NCBI GenBank assembly: GCA_964016885.1
Contig: OZ024743.1
Location: forward strand, 333,560,001 to 333,624,000
Direction: 5' to 3'
Origin: Eledone cirrhosa
Lineage: Eukaryota
DNA: 64,000 bases
The first letter of the stretch is position 1. Every line of letters starts with the position of its first letter. Made by a program: the position numbers and the translations under genes. Positions 1 to 15,000 of the stretch are shown in pieces. The notes beneath the pieces were generated by a model. The model did no database searches. It saw nothing but the letters and a program-made list of their open reading frames with translations, and had not been told where the DNA came from.

Positions 1-3000
1 TAGTGCCCCATCATGGCTGCAGTTTGATGACTGAAACCAGTAAAGAGTGTAGTGCCCCATGATGGCTGCAGTTTGATGACTGAAACCAGTAAAGAGTGTG
101 GTGCCCCAGCATGGCTGCAGTTTAATGACTGAAACCAGTAAAGAGTGTAGTGCCCCATCATGGCTGCAGTTTGATGACTGAAACCAGTAAAGAGTGTGGT
201 GCCCCAGCATGGCTGCAGTTTAATGACTGAAACCTGTAAAGAGTGTAGTGCCCCAGCATGGCTGCAGTTTGATGACTGAAACCAGTAAAGAGTGTGGTGC
301 CCCAGCATGGCTGCAGTTTAATGACTGAAACCAGTAAAGAGTGTAGTGCCCCATCATGGCTGCAGTTTGATGACTGAAACCAGTAAAGAGTGTGGTGCTC
401 CAGCATGGCTGCAGTTTGATGACTGAAACCAGTAAAGAGTGTAGTGCCCCATCATGGCTGCAGTTTGATGACTGAAACCAGTAAAGAGTGTGGTGCTCCA
501 GCATGGCTGCAGTTTGATGACTGAAACCAGTAAAGAGTGTAGTGCCCCAGCATGGCTGCAGTTTGATGACTGAAACCAGTAAAGAGTGTGGTGCTCCAGC
601 ATGGCTGCAGTTTGATGACTGAAACCAGTAAAGAGTGTAGTGCCCCAGCATGGCTGCAGTTTGATGACTGAAACCAGTAAAGAGTGTAGTGCCCCAGCAT
701 GGCTGCAGTTTGATGACTGAAACCAGTAAAGAGTGTAGTGCCCCATCATGGCTGCAGTTTGATGACTGAAACCAGTAAAGAGTGTAGTGCCCCAGCACGG
801 CTGCAGTTTGATGACTGAAACCAGTAAAGAGTGTAGTGCCCCAGCATGGCTGCAGTTTGATGACTGAAACCAGTAAAGAGTGTAGTGCCCCAGCATGGCT
901 GCAGTTTGATGACTGAAACCAGTAAAGAGTGTAGTGCCCCAGCATGGCTGCAGTTTAATGACTGAAACCAGTAAAGAGTGTAGTGCCCCAGCATGGCTGC
1001 AGTTTGATGACTGAAACCAGTAAAGAGTGTGGTGCCCCAGCATGGCTGCAGTTTAATGACTGAAACCAGTAAAGAGTGTAGTGCCCCATCATGGCTGCAG
1101 TTTGATGACTGAAACCAGTAAAGAGTGTGGTGCCCCAGCATGGCTGCAGTTTAATGACTGAAACCAGTAAAGAGTGTAGTGCCCCAGCACGGCTGCAGTT
1201 TGATGACTGAAACCAGTAAAGAGTGTAGTGCCCCAGCATGGCTGCAGTTTGATGACTGAAACCAGTAAAGAGTGTAGTGCCCCAGCATGGCTGCAGTTTG
1301 ATGACTGAAACCAGTAAAGAGTGTAGTGCCCCAGCATGGCTGCAGTTTAATGACTGAAACCAGTAAAGAGTGTAGTGCCCCATCATGGCTGCAGTTTGAT
1401 GACTGAAACCAGTAAAGAGTGTGGTGCCCCAGCATGGCTGCAGTTTAATGACTGAAACCAGTAAAGAGTGTAGTGCCCCATCATGGCTGCAGTTTGATGA
1501 CTGAAACCAGTAAAGAGTGTGGTGCCCCAGCATGGCTGCAGTTTAATGACTGAAACCAGTAAAGAGTGTAGTGCCCCAGCATGGCTGCAGTTTGATGACT
1601 GAAACCAGTAAAGAGTGTGGTGCCCCAGCATGGCTGCAGTTTAATGACTGAAACCAGTAAAGAGTGTAGTGCCCCATCATGGCTGCAGTTTAATGACTGA
1701 AACCAGTAAAGAATGTGGTGCTCCAGCATGGCTGCAGTTTGATGACTGAAACCAGTAAAGAGTGTGGTGCTCCAGCATGGCTGCAGTTTGATGACTGAAA
1801 CCAGTAAAGAGTGTAGTGCCCCAGCATGGCTGCAGTTTGATGACTGAAACCAGTAAAGAGTGTAGTGCCCCAGCATGGCTGCAGTTTGATGACTGAAACC
1901 AGTAAAGAGTGCGGTGCTCCAGCATGGCTGCAGTTTGATGACTGAAACCAGTAAAGAGTGTAGTGCCCCATCATGGCTGCAGTTTGATTACTGAAACCAG
2001 TAAAGAGTGTAGTGCTCCATCATGGCTGCAGTTTGATGACTGAAACCAGTAAAGAGTGTAGTGCCCCAGCATGGCTGCAGTTTGATGACTGAAACCAGTA
2101 AAGAGTGTGGTGCTCCAGCATGGCTGCAGTTTGATGACTGAAACCAGTAAAGAGTGTAGTGCCCCAGCATGGCTGCAGTTTGATGACTGAAACCAGTAAA
2201 GAGTGTGGTGCCCCAGCATGGCTGCAGTTTGATGACTGAAACCAGTAAAGAGTGTGGTGCTCCAGCATGGCTGCAGTTTGATGACTGAAAACAGTAAAGA
2301 GTGTAGTGCCCCAGCATGGCTGCAGTTTGATGACTGAAACCAGTAAAGAGTGTGGTGCCCCAGCATGGCTGCAGTTTGATGACTGAAACCAGTAAAGAGT
2401 GTAGTGCCCCAGCATGGCTGCAGTTTAATGACTGAAACCAGTAAAGAGTGTAGTGCCCCATCATAGCTGCAGTTTGATGACTGAAACCAGTAAAGAGTGT
2501 AGTGCCCCAGCATGGCTGCAGTTTGATGACTGAAACCAGTAAAGAGTGTAGTGCCCCATCATGGCTGCAGTTTAATGACTGAAACCAGTAAAGAGTGTAG
2601 TGCCCCAGCATGGCTGCAGTTTGATGACTGAAACCAGTAAAGAGTGTAGTGCCCCAGCATAGCTTCAGTTTAATGACTGAAACCAGTAAAGAGTGTAGTG
2701 CCCCATCATGGCTGCAGTTTGATGACTGAAACCAGTAAAGAGTGTGGTGCCCCAGCATGGCTGCAGTTTGATGACTGAAACCAGTAAAGAGTGTGGTGCT
2801 CCAGCATGGCTGCAGTTTGATGACTGAAACCAGTAAAGAGTGTAGTGCCCCAGCATGGCTGCAGTTTGATGACTGAAACCAGTAAAGAGTGTGGTGCCCC
2901 AGCATGGCTGCAGTTTGATGACTGAAACCAGTAAAGAGTGTAGTGCCCCAGCATGGCTGCAGTTTAATGACTGAAACCAGTAAAGAGTGTAGTGCCCCAT

Positions 3001-6000
3001 CATAGCTGCAGTTTGATGACTGAAACCAGTAAAGAGTGTAGTGCCCCAGCATGGCTGCAGTTTGATGACTGAAACCAGTAAAGAGTGTAGTGCCCCATCA
3101 TGGCTGCAGTTTAATGACTGAAACCAGTAAAGAGTGTAGTGCCCCAGCATGGCTGCAGTTTGATGACTGAAACCAGTAAAGAGTGTAGTGCCCCAGCATG
3201 GCTGCAGTTTAATGACTGAAACCAGTAAAGAGTGTAGTGCCCCATCATGGCTGCAGTTTGATGACTGAAACCAGTAAAGAGTGTAGTGCCCCATCATGGC
3301 TGCAGTTTGATGACTGAAACCAGTAAAGAGTGTGGTGCCCCAGCATGGCTGCAGTTTAATGACTGAAACCAGTAAAGAGTGTAGTGCCCCATCATGGCTG
3401 CAGTTTTATGACTGAAACCAGTAAAGAGTGTGGTGCCCCAGCATGGCTGCAGTTTGATGACTGAAACCAGTAAAGAGTGTAGTGCCCCATCATGGCTGCA
3501 GTTTGATGACTGAAACCAGTAAAGAGTGTAGTGCCCCATGATGGCTGCAGTTTGATGACTGAAACCAGTAAAGAGTGTGGTGGCCCAGCATGGCTGCAGT
3601 TTAATGACTGAAACCAGTAAAGAGTGTAGTGCCCCATCATGGCTGCAGTTTGATGACTGAAACCAGTAAAGAGTGTGGTGCCCCAGCATGGCTGCAGTTT
3701 AATGACTGAAACCTGTAAAGAGTGTAGTGCCCCAGCATGGCTGCAGTTTGATGACTGAAACCAGTAAAGAGTGTGGTGCCCCAGCATGGCTGCAGTTTAA
3801 TGACTGAAACCAGTAAAGAGTGTAGTGCCCCATCATGGCTGCAGTTTGATGACTGAAACCAGTAAAGAGTGTGGTGCTCCAGCATGGCTGCAGTTTGATG
3901 ACTGAAACCAGTAAAGAGTGTAGTGCCCCATCATGGCTGCAGTTTGATGACTGAAACCAGTAAAGAGTGTGGTGCTCCAGCATGGCTGCAGTTTGATGAC
4001 TGAAACCAGTAAAGAGTGTAGTGCCCCAGCATGGCTGCAGTTTGATGACTGAAACCAGTAAAGAGTGTGGTGCTCCAGCATGGCTGCAGTTTGATGACTG
4101 AAACCAGTAAAGAGTGTAGTGCCCCAGCATGGCTGCAGTTTGATGACTGAAACCAGTAAAGAGTGTAGTGCCCCAGCATGGCTGCAGTTTGATGACTGAA
4201 ACCAGTAAAGAGTGTAGTGCCCCATCATGGCTGCAGTTTGATGACTGAAACTAGTAAAGAGTGTAGTGCCCCAGCACGGCTGCAGTTTGATGACTGAAAC
4301 CAGTAAAGAGTGTAGTGCCCCAGCATGGCTGCAGTTTGATGACTGAAACCAGTAAAGAGTGTAGTGCCCCAGCATGGCTGCAGTTTGATGACTGAAACCA
4401 GTAAAGAGTGTAGTGCCCCAGCATGGCTGCAGTTTAATGACTGAAACCAGTAAAGAGTGTAGTGCCCCAGCATGGCTGCAGTTTAATGACTGAAACCAGT
4501 AAAGAGTGTAGTGCCCCAGCATGGCTGCAGTTTGATGACTGAAACCAGTAAAGAGTGTAGTGCTCCAGCATGGCTGCAGTTTGATGACTGAAACCAGTAA
4601 AGAGTGTAGTGCCCCATCATGGCTGCAGTTTGATGACTGAAACCAGTAAAGAGTGTAGTGCTCCAGCTTGGCTGCAGTTTGATGACTGAAACCAGTAAAG
4701 AGTGTAGTGCCCCATCATGGCTGCAGTTTGATGACTGAAACCAGTAAAGAGTGTAGTGCCCCAGCATGGCTGCAGTTTAATGACTGAAACCAGTAAAGAG
4801 TGTAGTGCCCCAGCATGGCTGCAGTTTGATGACTGAAACCAGTAAAGAGTGTAGTGCTCCAGCATGGCTGCAGTTTGATGACTGAAACCAGTAAAGAGTG
4901 TAGTGCCCCAGCATGGCTGCAGTTTAATGACTGAAACCAGTAAAGAGTGTAGTGCCCCAGCATGGCTGCAGTTTGATGACTGAAACCAGTAAAGAGTGTG
5001 GTGCTCCAGCATGGCTGCAGTTTGATGACTGAAACCAGTAAAGAGTGTAGTGCCCCATCATGGCTGCAGTTTGATGACTGAAACCAGTAAAGAGTGTAGT
5101 GCCCCATCATGGCTGCAGTTTGATGACTGAAACCAGTAAAGAGTGTGGTGCTCCATCATGGCTGCAGTTTGATGACTGAAACCAGTAAAGAGTGTAGTGC
5201 CCCATCACGGCTGCAGTTTGATGACTGAAACCAGTAAAGAGTGTAGTGCCCCATCATGGCTGCAGTTTGATGACTGAAACCAGTAAAGAGTGTAGTGCCC
5301 CAGCATGGCTGCAGTTTGATGACTGAAACCAGTAAAGAGTGTAGTGCCCCATCATGGCTGCAGTTTAATGACTGAAACCAGTAAAGAGTGTAGTGCCCCA
5401 GCATGGCTGCAGTTTGATGACTGAAACCAGTAAAGAGTGTAGTGCCCCATCATGGCTGCAGTTTAATGACTGAAACCAGTAAAGAGTGTAGTGCCCCATC
5501 ATGGCTGCAGTTTGATGACTGAAACCAGTAAAGAGTGTAGTGCCCCATCATGGCTGCAGTTTGATGACTGAAACCAGTAAAGAGTGTGGTGCCCCAGCAT
5601 CGCTGCAGTTTAATGACTGAAACCAGTAAAGAGTGTAGTGCCCCATCATGGCTGCAGTTTTATGACTGAAACCAGTAAAGAGTGTGGTGCCCCAGCATGG
5701 CTGCAGTTTGATGACTGAAACCAGTAAAGAGTGTAGTGCCCCATCATGGCTGCAGTTTGATGACTGAAACCAGTAAAGAGTGTAGTGCCCCATGATGGCT
5801 GCAGTTTGATGACTGAAACCAGTAAAGAGTGTGGTGCCCCAGCATGGCTGCAGTTTAATGACTGAAACCAGTAAAGAGTGTAGTGCCCCATCATGGCTGT
5901 AGTTTGATGACTGAAACCAGTAAAGAGTGTGGTGCCCCAGCATGGCTGCAGTTAAATGACTGAAACCTGTAAAGAGTGTAGTGCCCCAGCATGGCTGCAG

Positions 6001-9000
6001 TTTGATGACTGAAACCAGTAAAGAGTGTGGTGCCCCAGCATGGCTGCAGTTTAATGACTGAAACCAGTAAAGAGTGTAGTGCCCCATCATGGCTGCAGTT
6101 TGATGACTGAAACCAGTAAAGAGTGTAGTGCCCCATCATGGCTGCAGTTTGATGACTGAAACCAGTAAAGAGTGTAGTGCCCCAGCATGGCTGCAGTTTG
6201 ATGACTGAAACCAGTAAAGAGTGTAGTGCCCCATCATGGCTGCAGTTTAATGACTGAAACCAGTAAAGAGTGTAGTGCCCCAGCATGGCTGCAGTTTGAT
6301 GACTGAAACCAGTAAAGAGTGTGGTGCTCCAGCATGGCTGCAGTTTGATGACTGAAACCAGTAAAGAGTGTAGTGCCCCATCATGGCTGCAGTTTGATGA
6401 CTGAAACCAGTAAAGAGTGTGGTGCTCCAGCATGGCTGCAGTTTGATGACTAAAACCAGTAAAGAGTGTAGTGCCCCATCATGGCTGCAGTTTGATGACT
6501 GAAACCAGTAAAGAGTGTAGTGCCCCATCATGGCTGCAGTTTGATGACTGAAACCAGTAAAGAGTGTGGTGCCCCAGCATGGCTGCAGTTTAATGACTGA
6601 AACCAGTAAAGAGTGTAGTGCCCCATCATGGCTGCAGTTTGATGACTGAAACCAGTAAAGAGTGTAGTGCCCCATCATGGCTGCAGTTTGATGACTGAAA
6701 CCAGTAAAGAGTGTGGTGCCCCAGCATGGCTGCAGTTTAATGACTGAAACCAGTAAAGAGTGTAGTGCCCCATCATGGCTGCAGTTTGATGACTGAAACC
6801 AGTAAAGAGTGTGGTGCCCCAGCATGGCTGCAGTTTAATGACTGAAACCAGTAAAGAGTGTAGTGCCCCAGCATGGCTGCAGTTTGATGACTGAAACCAG
6901 TAAAGAGTGTGGTGCTCCAGCATGGCTGCAGTTTGATGACTGAAACCAGTAAAGAGTGTAGTGCCCCATCATGGCTGCAGTTTGATGACTGAAACCAGTA
7001 AAGAGTGTAGTGCCCCATCATGGCTGCAGTTTGATGACTGAAACCAGTAAAGAGTGTGGTGCTCCAGCATGGCTGCAGTTTGATGACTGAAACCAGTAAA
7101 GAGTGTAGTGCCCCAGCATGGCTTCAGTTTAATGACTGAAACCAGTAAAGAGTGTAGTGCCCCATCATGGCTGCAGTTTGATGACTGAAACCAGTAAAGA
7201 GTGTGGTGCCCCAGCATGGCTGCAGTTTGATGACTGAAACCAGTAAAGAGTGTGGTGCTCCAGCATGGCTGCAGTTTGATGACTGAAACCAGTAAAGAGT
7301 GTAGTGCCCCAGCATGGCTGCAGTTTGATGACTGAAACCAGTAAAGAGTGTGGTGCCCCAGCATGGCTGCAGTTTGATGACTGAAACCAGTAAAGAGTGT
7401 AGTGCCCCAGCATGGCTGCAGTTTAATGACTGAAACCAGTAAAGAGTGTAGTGCCCCATCATAGCTGCAGTTTGATGACTGAAACCAGTAAAGAGTGTAG
7501 TGCCCCAGCATGGCTGCAGTTTGATGACTGAAACCAGTAAAGAGTGTAGTGCCCCATCATGGCTGCAGTTTAATGACTGAAACCAGTAAAGAGTGTAGTG
7601 CCCCAGCATGGCTGCAGTTTGATGACTGAAACCAGTAAAGAGTGTAGTGCCCCAGCATGGCTGCAGTTTAATGACTGAAACCAGTAAAGAGTGTAGTGCC
7701 CCATCATGGCTGCAGTTTGATGACTGAAACCAGTAAAGAGTGTAGTGCCCCATCATGGCTGCAGTTTGATGACTGAAACCAGTAAAGAGTGTGGTGCCCC
7801 AGCATGGCTGCAGTTTAATGACTGAAACCAGTAAAGAGTGTAGTGCCCCATCATGGCTGCAGTTTTATGACTGAAACCAGTAAAGAGTGTGGTGCCCCAG
7901 CATGGCTGCAGTTTGATGACTGAAACCAGTAAAGAGTGTAGTGCCCCATCATGGCTGCAGTTTGATGACTGAAACCAGTAAAGAGTGTAGTGCCCCATGA
8001 TGGCTGCAGTTTGATGACTGAAACCAGTAAAGAGTGTGGTGCCCCAGCATGGCTGCAGTTTAATGACTGAAACCAGTAAAGAGTGTAGTGCCCCATCATG
8101 GCTGCAGTTTGATGACTGAAACCAGTAAAGAGTGTGGTGCCCCAGCATGGCTGCAGTTTAATGACTGAAACCTGTAAAGAGTGTAGTGCCCCAGCATGGC
8201 TGCAGTTTGATGACTGAAACCAGTAAAGAGTGTGGTGCCCCAGCATGGCTGCAGTTTAATGACTGAAACCAGTAAAGAGTGTAGTGCCCCATCATGGCTG
8301 CAGTTTGATGACTGAAACCAGTAAAGAGTGTGGTGCTCCAGCATGGCTGCAGTTTGATGACTGAAACCAGTAAAGAGTGTAGTGCCCCATCATGGCTGCA
8401 GTTTGATGACTGAAACCAGTAAAGAGTGTGGTGCTCCAGCATGGCTGCAGTTTGATGACTGAAACCAGTAAAGAGTGTAGTGCCCCAGCATGGCTGCAGT
8501 TTGATGACTGAAACCAGTAAAGAGTGTGGTGCTCCAGCATGGCTGCAGTTTGATGACTGAAACCAGTAAAGAGTGTAGTGCCCCAGCATGGCTGCAGTTT
8601 GATGACTGAAACCAGTAAAGAGTGTAGTGCCCCAGCATGGCTGCAGTTTGATGACTGAAACCAGTAAAGAGTGTAGTGCCCCATCATGGCTGCAGTTTGA
8701 TGACTGAAACCAGTAAAGAGTGTAGTGCCCCAGCACGGCTGCAGTTTGATGACTGAAACCAGTAAAGAGTGTAGTGCCCCAGCATGGCTGCAGTTTGATG
8801 ACTGAAACCAGTAAAGAGTGTAGTGCCCCAGCATGGCTGCAGTTTGATGACTGAAACCAGTAAAGAGTGTAGTGCCCCAGCATGGCTGCAGTTTAATGAC
8901 TGAAACCAGTAAAGAGTGTAGTGCCCCAGCATGGCTGCAGTTTAATGACTGAAACCAGTAAAGAGTGTAGTGCCCCAGCATGGCTGCAGTTTGATGACTG

Positions 9001-12000
9001 AAACCAGTAAAGAGTGTAGTGCTCCAGCATGGCTGCAGTTTGATGACTGAAACCAGTAAAGAGTGTAGTGCCCCATCATGGCTGCAGTTTGATGACTGAA
9101 ACCAGTAAAGAGTGTAGTGCTCCAGCTTGGCTGCAGTTTGATGACTGAAACCAGTAAAGAGTGTAGTGCCCCATCATGGCTGCAGTTTGATGACTGAAAC
9201 CAGTAAAGAGTGTAGTGCCCCAGCATGGCTGCAGTTTAATGACTGAAACCAGTAAAGAGTGTAGTGCCCCAGCATGGCTGCAGTTTGATGACTGAAACCA
9301 GTAAAGAGTGTAGTGCTCCAGCATGGCTGCAGTTTGATGACTGAAACCAGTAAAGAGTGTAGTGCCCCAGCATGGCTGCAGTTTAATGACTGAAACCAGT
9401 AAAGAGTGTAGTGCCCCAGCATGGCTGCAGTTTGATGACTGAAACCAGTAAAGAGTGTGGTGCTCCAGCATGGCTGCAGTTTGATGACTGAAACCAGTAA
9501 AGAGTGTAGTGCCCCATCATGGCTGCAGTTTGATGACTGAAACCAGTAAAGAGTGTAGTGCCCCATCATGGCTGCAGTTTGATGACTGAAACCAGTAAAG
9601 AGTGTGGTGCTCCATCATGGCTGCAGTTTGATGACTGAAACCAGTAAAGAGTGTAGTGCCCCATCACGGCTGCAGTTTGATGACTGAAACCAGTAAAGAG
9701 TGTAGTGCCCCATCATGGCTGCAGTTTGATGACTGAAACCAGTAAAGAGTGTAGTGCCCCAGCATGGCTGCAGTTTGATGACTGAAACCAGTAAAGAGTG
9801 TAGTGCCCCATCATGGCTGCAGTTTAATGACTGAAACCAGTAAAGAGTGTAGTGCCCCAGCATGGCTGCAGTTTGATGACTGAAACCAGTAAAGAGTGTA
9901 GTGCCCCATCATGGCTGCAGTTTAATGACTGAAACCAGTAAAGAGTGTAGTGCCCCATCATGGCTGCAGTTTGATGACTGAAACCAGTAAAGAGTGTGGT
10001 GCTCCAGCATGGCTGCAGTTTGATGACTGAAACCAGTAAAGAGTGTAGTGCCCCATCATGGCTGCAGTTTGATGACTGAAACCAGTAAAGAGTGTGGTGC
10101 TCCAGCATGGCTGCAGTTTGATGACTGAAACCAGTAAAGAGTGTAGTGCCCCAGCATGGCTGCAGTTTAATGACTGAAACCAGTAAAGAGTGTAGTGCCC
10201 CATCATGGCTGCAGTTTGATGACTGAAACCAGTAAAGAGTGTGGTGCCCCAGCATGGCTGCAGTTTGATGACTGAAACCAGTAAAGAGTGTGGTGCCCCA
10301 GCATGGCTGCAGTTTGATGACTGAAACCAGTAAAGAGTGTAGTGCCCCAGCATGGCTGCAGTTTGATGACTGAAACCAGTAAAGAGTGTGGTGCCCCAGC
10401 ATGGCTGCAGTTTAATGACTGAAACCAGTAAAGAGTGTAGTGCCCCATCATGGCTGCAGTTTGATGACTGAAACCAGTAAAGAGTGTGGTGCTCCAGCAT
10501 GGCTGCAGTTTGATGACTGAAACCAGTAAAGAGTGTAGTGCCCCATCATGGCTGCAGTTTGATGACTGAAACCAGTAAAGAGTGTGGTGCTCCAGCATGG
10601 CTGCAGTTTGATGACTGAAACCAGTAAAGAGTGTAGTGCCCCATCATGGCTGCAGTTTGATGACTGAAACCAGTAAAGAGTGTAGTGCCCCAGCATGGCT
10701 GCAGTTTGATGACTGAAACCAGTAAAGAGTGTAGTGCCCCATCATGGCTGCAGTTTAATGACTGAAACCAGTAAAGAGTGTAGTGCCCCAGCATGGCTGC
10801 AGTTTGATGACTGAAACCAGTAAAGAGTGTAGTGCCCCATCATGGCTGCAGTTTAATGACTGAAACCAGTAAAGAGTGTAGTGCCCCATCATGGCTGCAG
10901 TTTGATGACTGAAACCAGTAAAGAGTGTGGTGCTCCAGCATGGCTGCAGTTTGATGACTGAAACCAGTAAAGAGTGTAGTGCCCCATCATGGCTGCAGTT
11001 TGATGACTGAAACCAGTAAAGAGTGTGGTGCTCCAGCATGGCTGCAGTTTGATGACTGAAACCAGTAAAGAGTGTAGTGCCCCAGCATGGCTGCAGTTTA
11101 ATGACTAAAACCAGTAAAGAGTGTAGTGCCCCATCATGGCTGCAGTTTGATGACTGAAACCAGTAAAGAGTGTGGTGCCCCAGCATGGCTGCAGTTTGAT
11201 GACTGAAACCAGTAAAGAGTGTGGTGCCCCAGCATGGCTGCAGTTTGATGACTGAAACCAGTAAAGAGTGTAGTGCCCCAGCATGGCTGCAGTTTGATGA
11301 CTGAAACCAGTAAAGAGTGTGGTGCCCCAGCATGGCTGCAGTTTAATGACTGAAACCAGTAAAGAGTGTAGTGCCCCATCATGGCTGCAGTTTGATGACT
11401 GAAACCAGTAAAGAGTGTGGTGCTCCAGCATGGCTGCAGTTTGATGACTGAAACCAGTAAAGAGTGTAGTGCCCCATCATGGCTGCAGTTTGATGACTGA
11501 AACCAGTAAAGAGTGTGGTGCTCCAGCATGGCTGCAGTTTGATGACTGAAACCAGTAAAGAGTGTAGTGCCCCAGCATGGCTGCAGTTTGATGACTGAAA
11601 CCAGTAAAGAGTGTGGTGCTCCAGCATGGCTGCAGTTTGATGACTGAAACCAGTAAAGAGTGTAGTGCCCCAGCATGGCTGCAGTTTGATGACTGAAACC
11701 AGTAAAGAGTGTGGTGCTCCAGCATGGCTGCAGTTTGATGACTGAAACCAGTAAAGAGTGTAGTGCCCCAGCATGGCTGCAGTTTGATGACTGAAACCAG
11801 TAAAGAGTGTAGTGCCCCAGCATGGCTGCAGTTTGATGACTGAAACCAGTAAAGAGTGTAGTGCCCCATCATGGCTGCAGTTTGATGACTGAAACCAGTA
11901 AAGAGTGTAGTGCCCCAGCACGGCTGCAGTTTGATGACTGAAACCAGTAAAGAGTGTAGTGCCCCAGCATGGCTGCAGTTTGATGACTGAAACCAGTAAA

Positions 12001-15000
12001 GAGTGTAGTGCCCCAGCATGGCTGCAGTTTAATGACTGAAACCAGTAAAGAGTGTAGTGCCCCAGCATGGCTGCAGTTTAATGACTGAAACCAGTAAAGA
12101 GTGTAGTGCCCCAGCATGGCTGCAGTTTGATGACTGAAACCAGTAAAGAGTGTAGTGCTCCAGCATGGCTGCAGTTTGATGACTGAAACCAGTAAAGAGT
12201 GTAGTGCCCCATCATGGCTGCAGTTTGATGACTGAAACCAGTAAAGAGTGTAGTGCTCCAGCTTGGCTGCAGTTTGATGACTGAAACCAGTAAAGAGTGT
12301 AGTGCCCCATCATGGCTGCAGTTTGATGACTGAAACCAGTAAAGAGTGTAGTGCCCCAGCATGGCTGCAGTTTAATGACTGAAACCAGTAAAGAGTGTAG
12401 TGCCCCAGCATGGCTGCAGTTTGATGACTGAAACCAGTAAAGAGTGTAGTGCTCCAGCATGGCTGCAGTTTGATGACTGAAACCAGTAAAGAGTGTAGTG
12501 CCCCAGCATGGCTGCAGTTTAATGACTGAAACCAGTAAAGAGTGTAGTGCCCCAGCATGGCTGCAGTTTGATGACTGAAACCAGTAAAGAGTGTGGTGCT
12601 CCAGCATGGCTGCAGTTTGATGACTGAAACCAGTAAAGAGTGTAGTGCCCCATCATGGCTGCAGTTTGATGACTGAAACCAGTAAAGAGTGTAGTGCCCC
12701 ATCATGGCTGCAGTTTGATGACTGAAACCAGTAAAGAGTGTGGTGCTCCATCATGGCTGCAGTTTGATGACTGAAACCAGTAAAGAGTGTAGTGCCCCAT
12801 CACGGCTGCAGTTTGATGACTGAAACCAGTAAAGAGTGTAGTGCCCCATCATGGCTGCAGTTTGATGACTGAAACCAGTAAAGAGTGTAGTGCCCCAGCA
12901 TGGCTGCAGTTTGATGACTGAAACCAGTAAAGAGTGTAGTGCCCCATCATGGCTGCAGTTTAATGACTGAAACCAGTAAAGAGTGTAGTGCCCCAGCATG
13001 GCTGCAGTTTGATGACTGAAACCAGTAAAGAGTGTAGTGCCCCATCATGGCTGCAGTTTAATGACTGAAACCAGTAAAGAGTGTAGTGCCCCATCATGGC
13101 TGCAGTTTGATGACTGAAACCAGTAAAGAGTGTAGTGCCCCATCATGGCTGCAGTTTGATGACTGAAACCAGTAAAGAGTGTGGTGCCCCAGCATCGCTG
13201 CAGTTTAATGACTGAAACCAGTAAAGAGTGTAGTGCCCCATGATGGCTGCAGTTTGATGACTGAAACCAGTAAAGAGTGTGGTGCCCCAGCATGGCTGCA
13301 GTTTAATGACTGAAACCAGTAAAGAGTGTAGTGCCCCATCATGGCTGTAGTTTGATGACTGAAACCAGTAAAGAGTGTGGTGCCCCAGCATGGCTGCAGT
13401 TTAATGACTGAAACCTGTAAAGAGTGTAGTGCCCCAGCATGGCTGCAGTTTGATGACTGAAACCAGTAAAGAGTGTGGTGCCCCAGCATGGCTGCAGTTT
13501 AATGACTGAAACCAGTAAAGAGTGTAGTGCCCCATCATGGCTGCAGTTTGATGACTGAAACCAGTAAAGAGTGTGGTGCTCCAGCATGGCTGCAGTTTGA
13601 TGACTGAAACCAGTAAAGAGTGTAGTGCCCCATCATGGCTGCAGTTTGATGACTGAAACCAGTAAAGAGTGTGGTGCTCCAGCATGGCTGCAGTTTGATG
13701 ACTGAAACCAGTAAAGAGTGTAGTGCCCCATCATGGCTGCAGTTTGATGACTGAAACCAGTAAAGAGTGTAGTGCCCCATCATGGCTGCAGTTTGATGAC
13801 TGAAACCAGTAAAGAGTGTGGTGCCCCAGCATGGCTGCAGTTTAATGACTGAAACCAGTAAAGAGTGTAGTGCCCCATCATGGCTGCAGTTTGATGACTG
13901 AAACCAGTAAAGAGTGTAGTGCCCCATCATGGCTGCAGTTTGATGACTGAAACCAGTAAAGAGTGTGGTGCCCCAGCATGGCTGCAGTTTAATGACTGAA
14001 ACCAGTAAAGAGTGTAGTGCCCCATCATGGCTGCAGTTTGATGACTGAAACCAGTAAAGAGTGTGGTGCCCCAGCATGGCTGCAGTTTAATGACTGAAAC
14101 CAGTAAAGAGTGTAGTGCCCCAGCATGGCTGCAGTTTGATGACTGAAACCAGTAAAGAGTGTGGTGCTCCAGCATGGCTGCAGTTTGATGACTGAAACCA
14201 GTAAAGAGTGTAGTGCCCCATCATGGCTGCAGTTTGATGACTGAAACCAGTAAAGAGTGTAGTGCCCCATCATGGCTGCAGTTTGATGACTGAAACCAGT
14301 AAAGAGTGTGGTGCCCCAGCATGGCTGCAGTTTAATGACTGAAACCAGTAAAGAGTGTAGTGCCCCATCATGGCTGCAGTTTGATGACTGAAACCAGTAA
14401 AGAGTGTAGTGCCCCATCATGGCTGCAGTTTGATGACTGAAACCAGTAAAGAGTGTGGTGCCCCAGCATGGCTGCAGTTTAATGACTGAAACCAGTAAAG
14501 AGTGTGGTGCTCCAGCATGGCTGCAGTTTGATGACTGAAACCAGTAAAGAGTGTAGTGCCCCATCATGGCTGCAGTTTGATTACTGAAACCAGTAAAGAG
14601 TGTAGTGCTCCATCATGGCTGCAGTTTGATGACTGAAACCAGTAAAGAGTGTAGTGCCCCAGCATGGCTGCAGTTTGATGACTGAAACCAGTAAAGAGTG
14701 TGGTGCTCCAGCATGGCTGCAGTTTGATGACTGAAACCAGTAAAGAGTGTAGTGCCCCATCATGGCTGCAGTTTGATGACTGAAACCAGTAAAGAGTGTA
14801 GTGCCCCAGCATGGCTGCAGTTTGATGACTGAAACCAGTAAAGAGTGTAGTGCCCCAGCATGGCTGCAGTTTGATGACTGAAACCAGTAAAGAGTGTGGT
14901 GCCCCAGCATGGCTGCAGTTTGATGACTGAAACCAGTAAAGAGTGTGGTGCTCCAGCATGGCTGCAGTTTGATGACTGAAACCAGTAAAGAGTGTAGTGC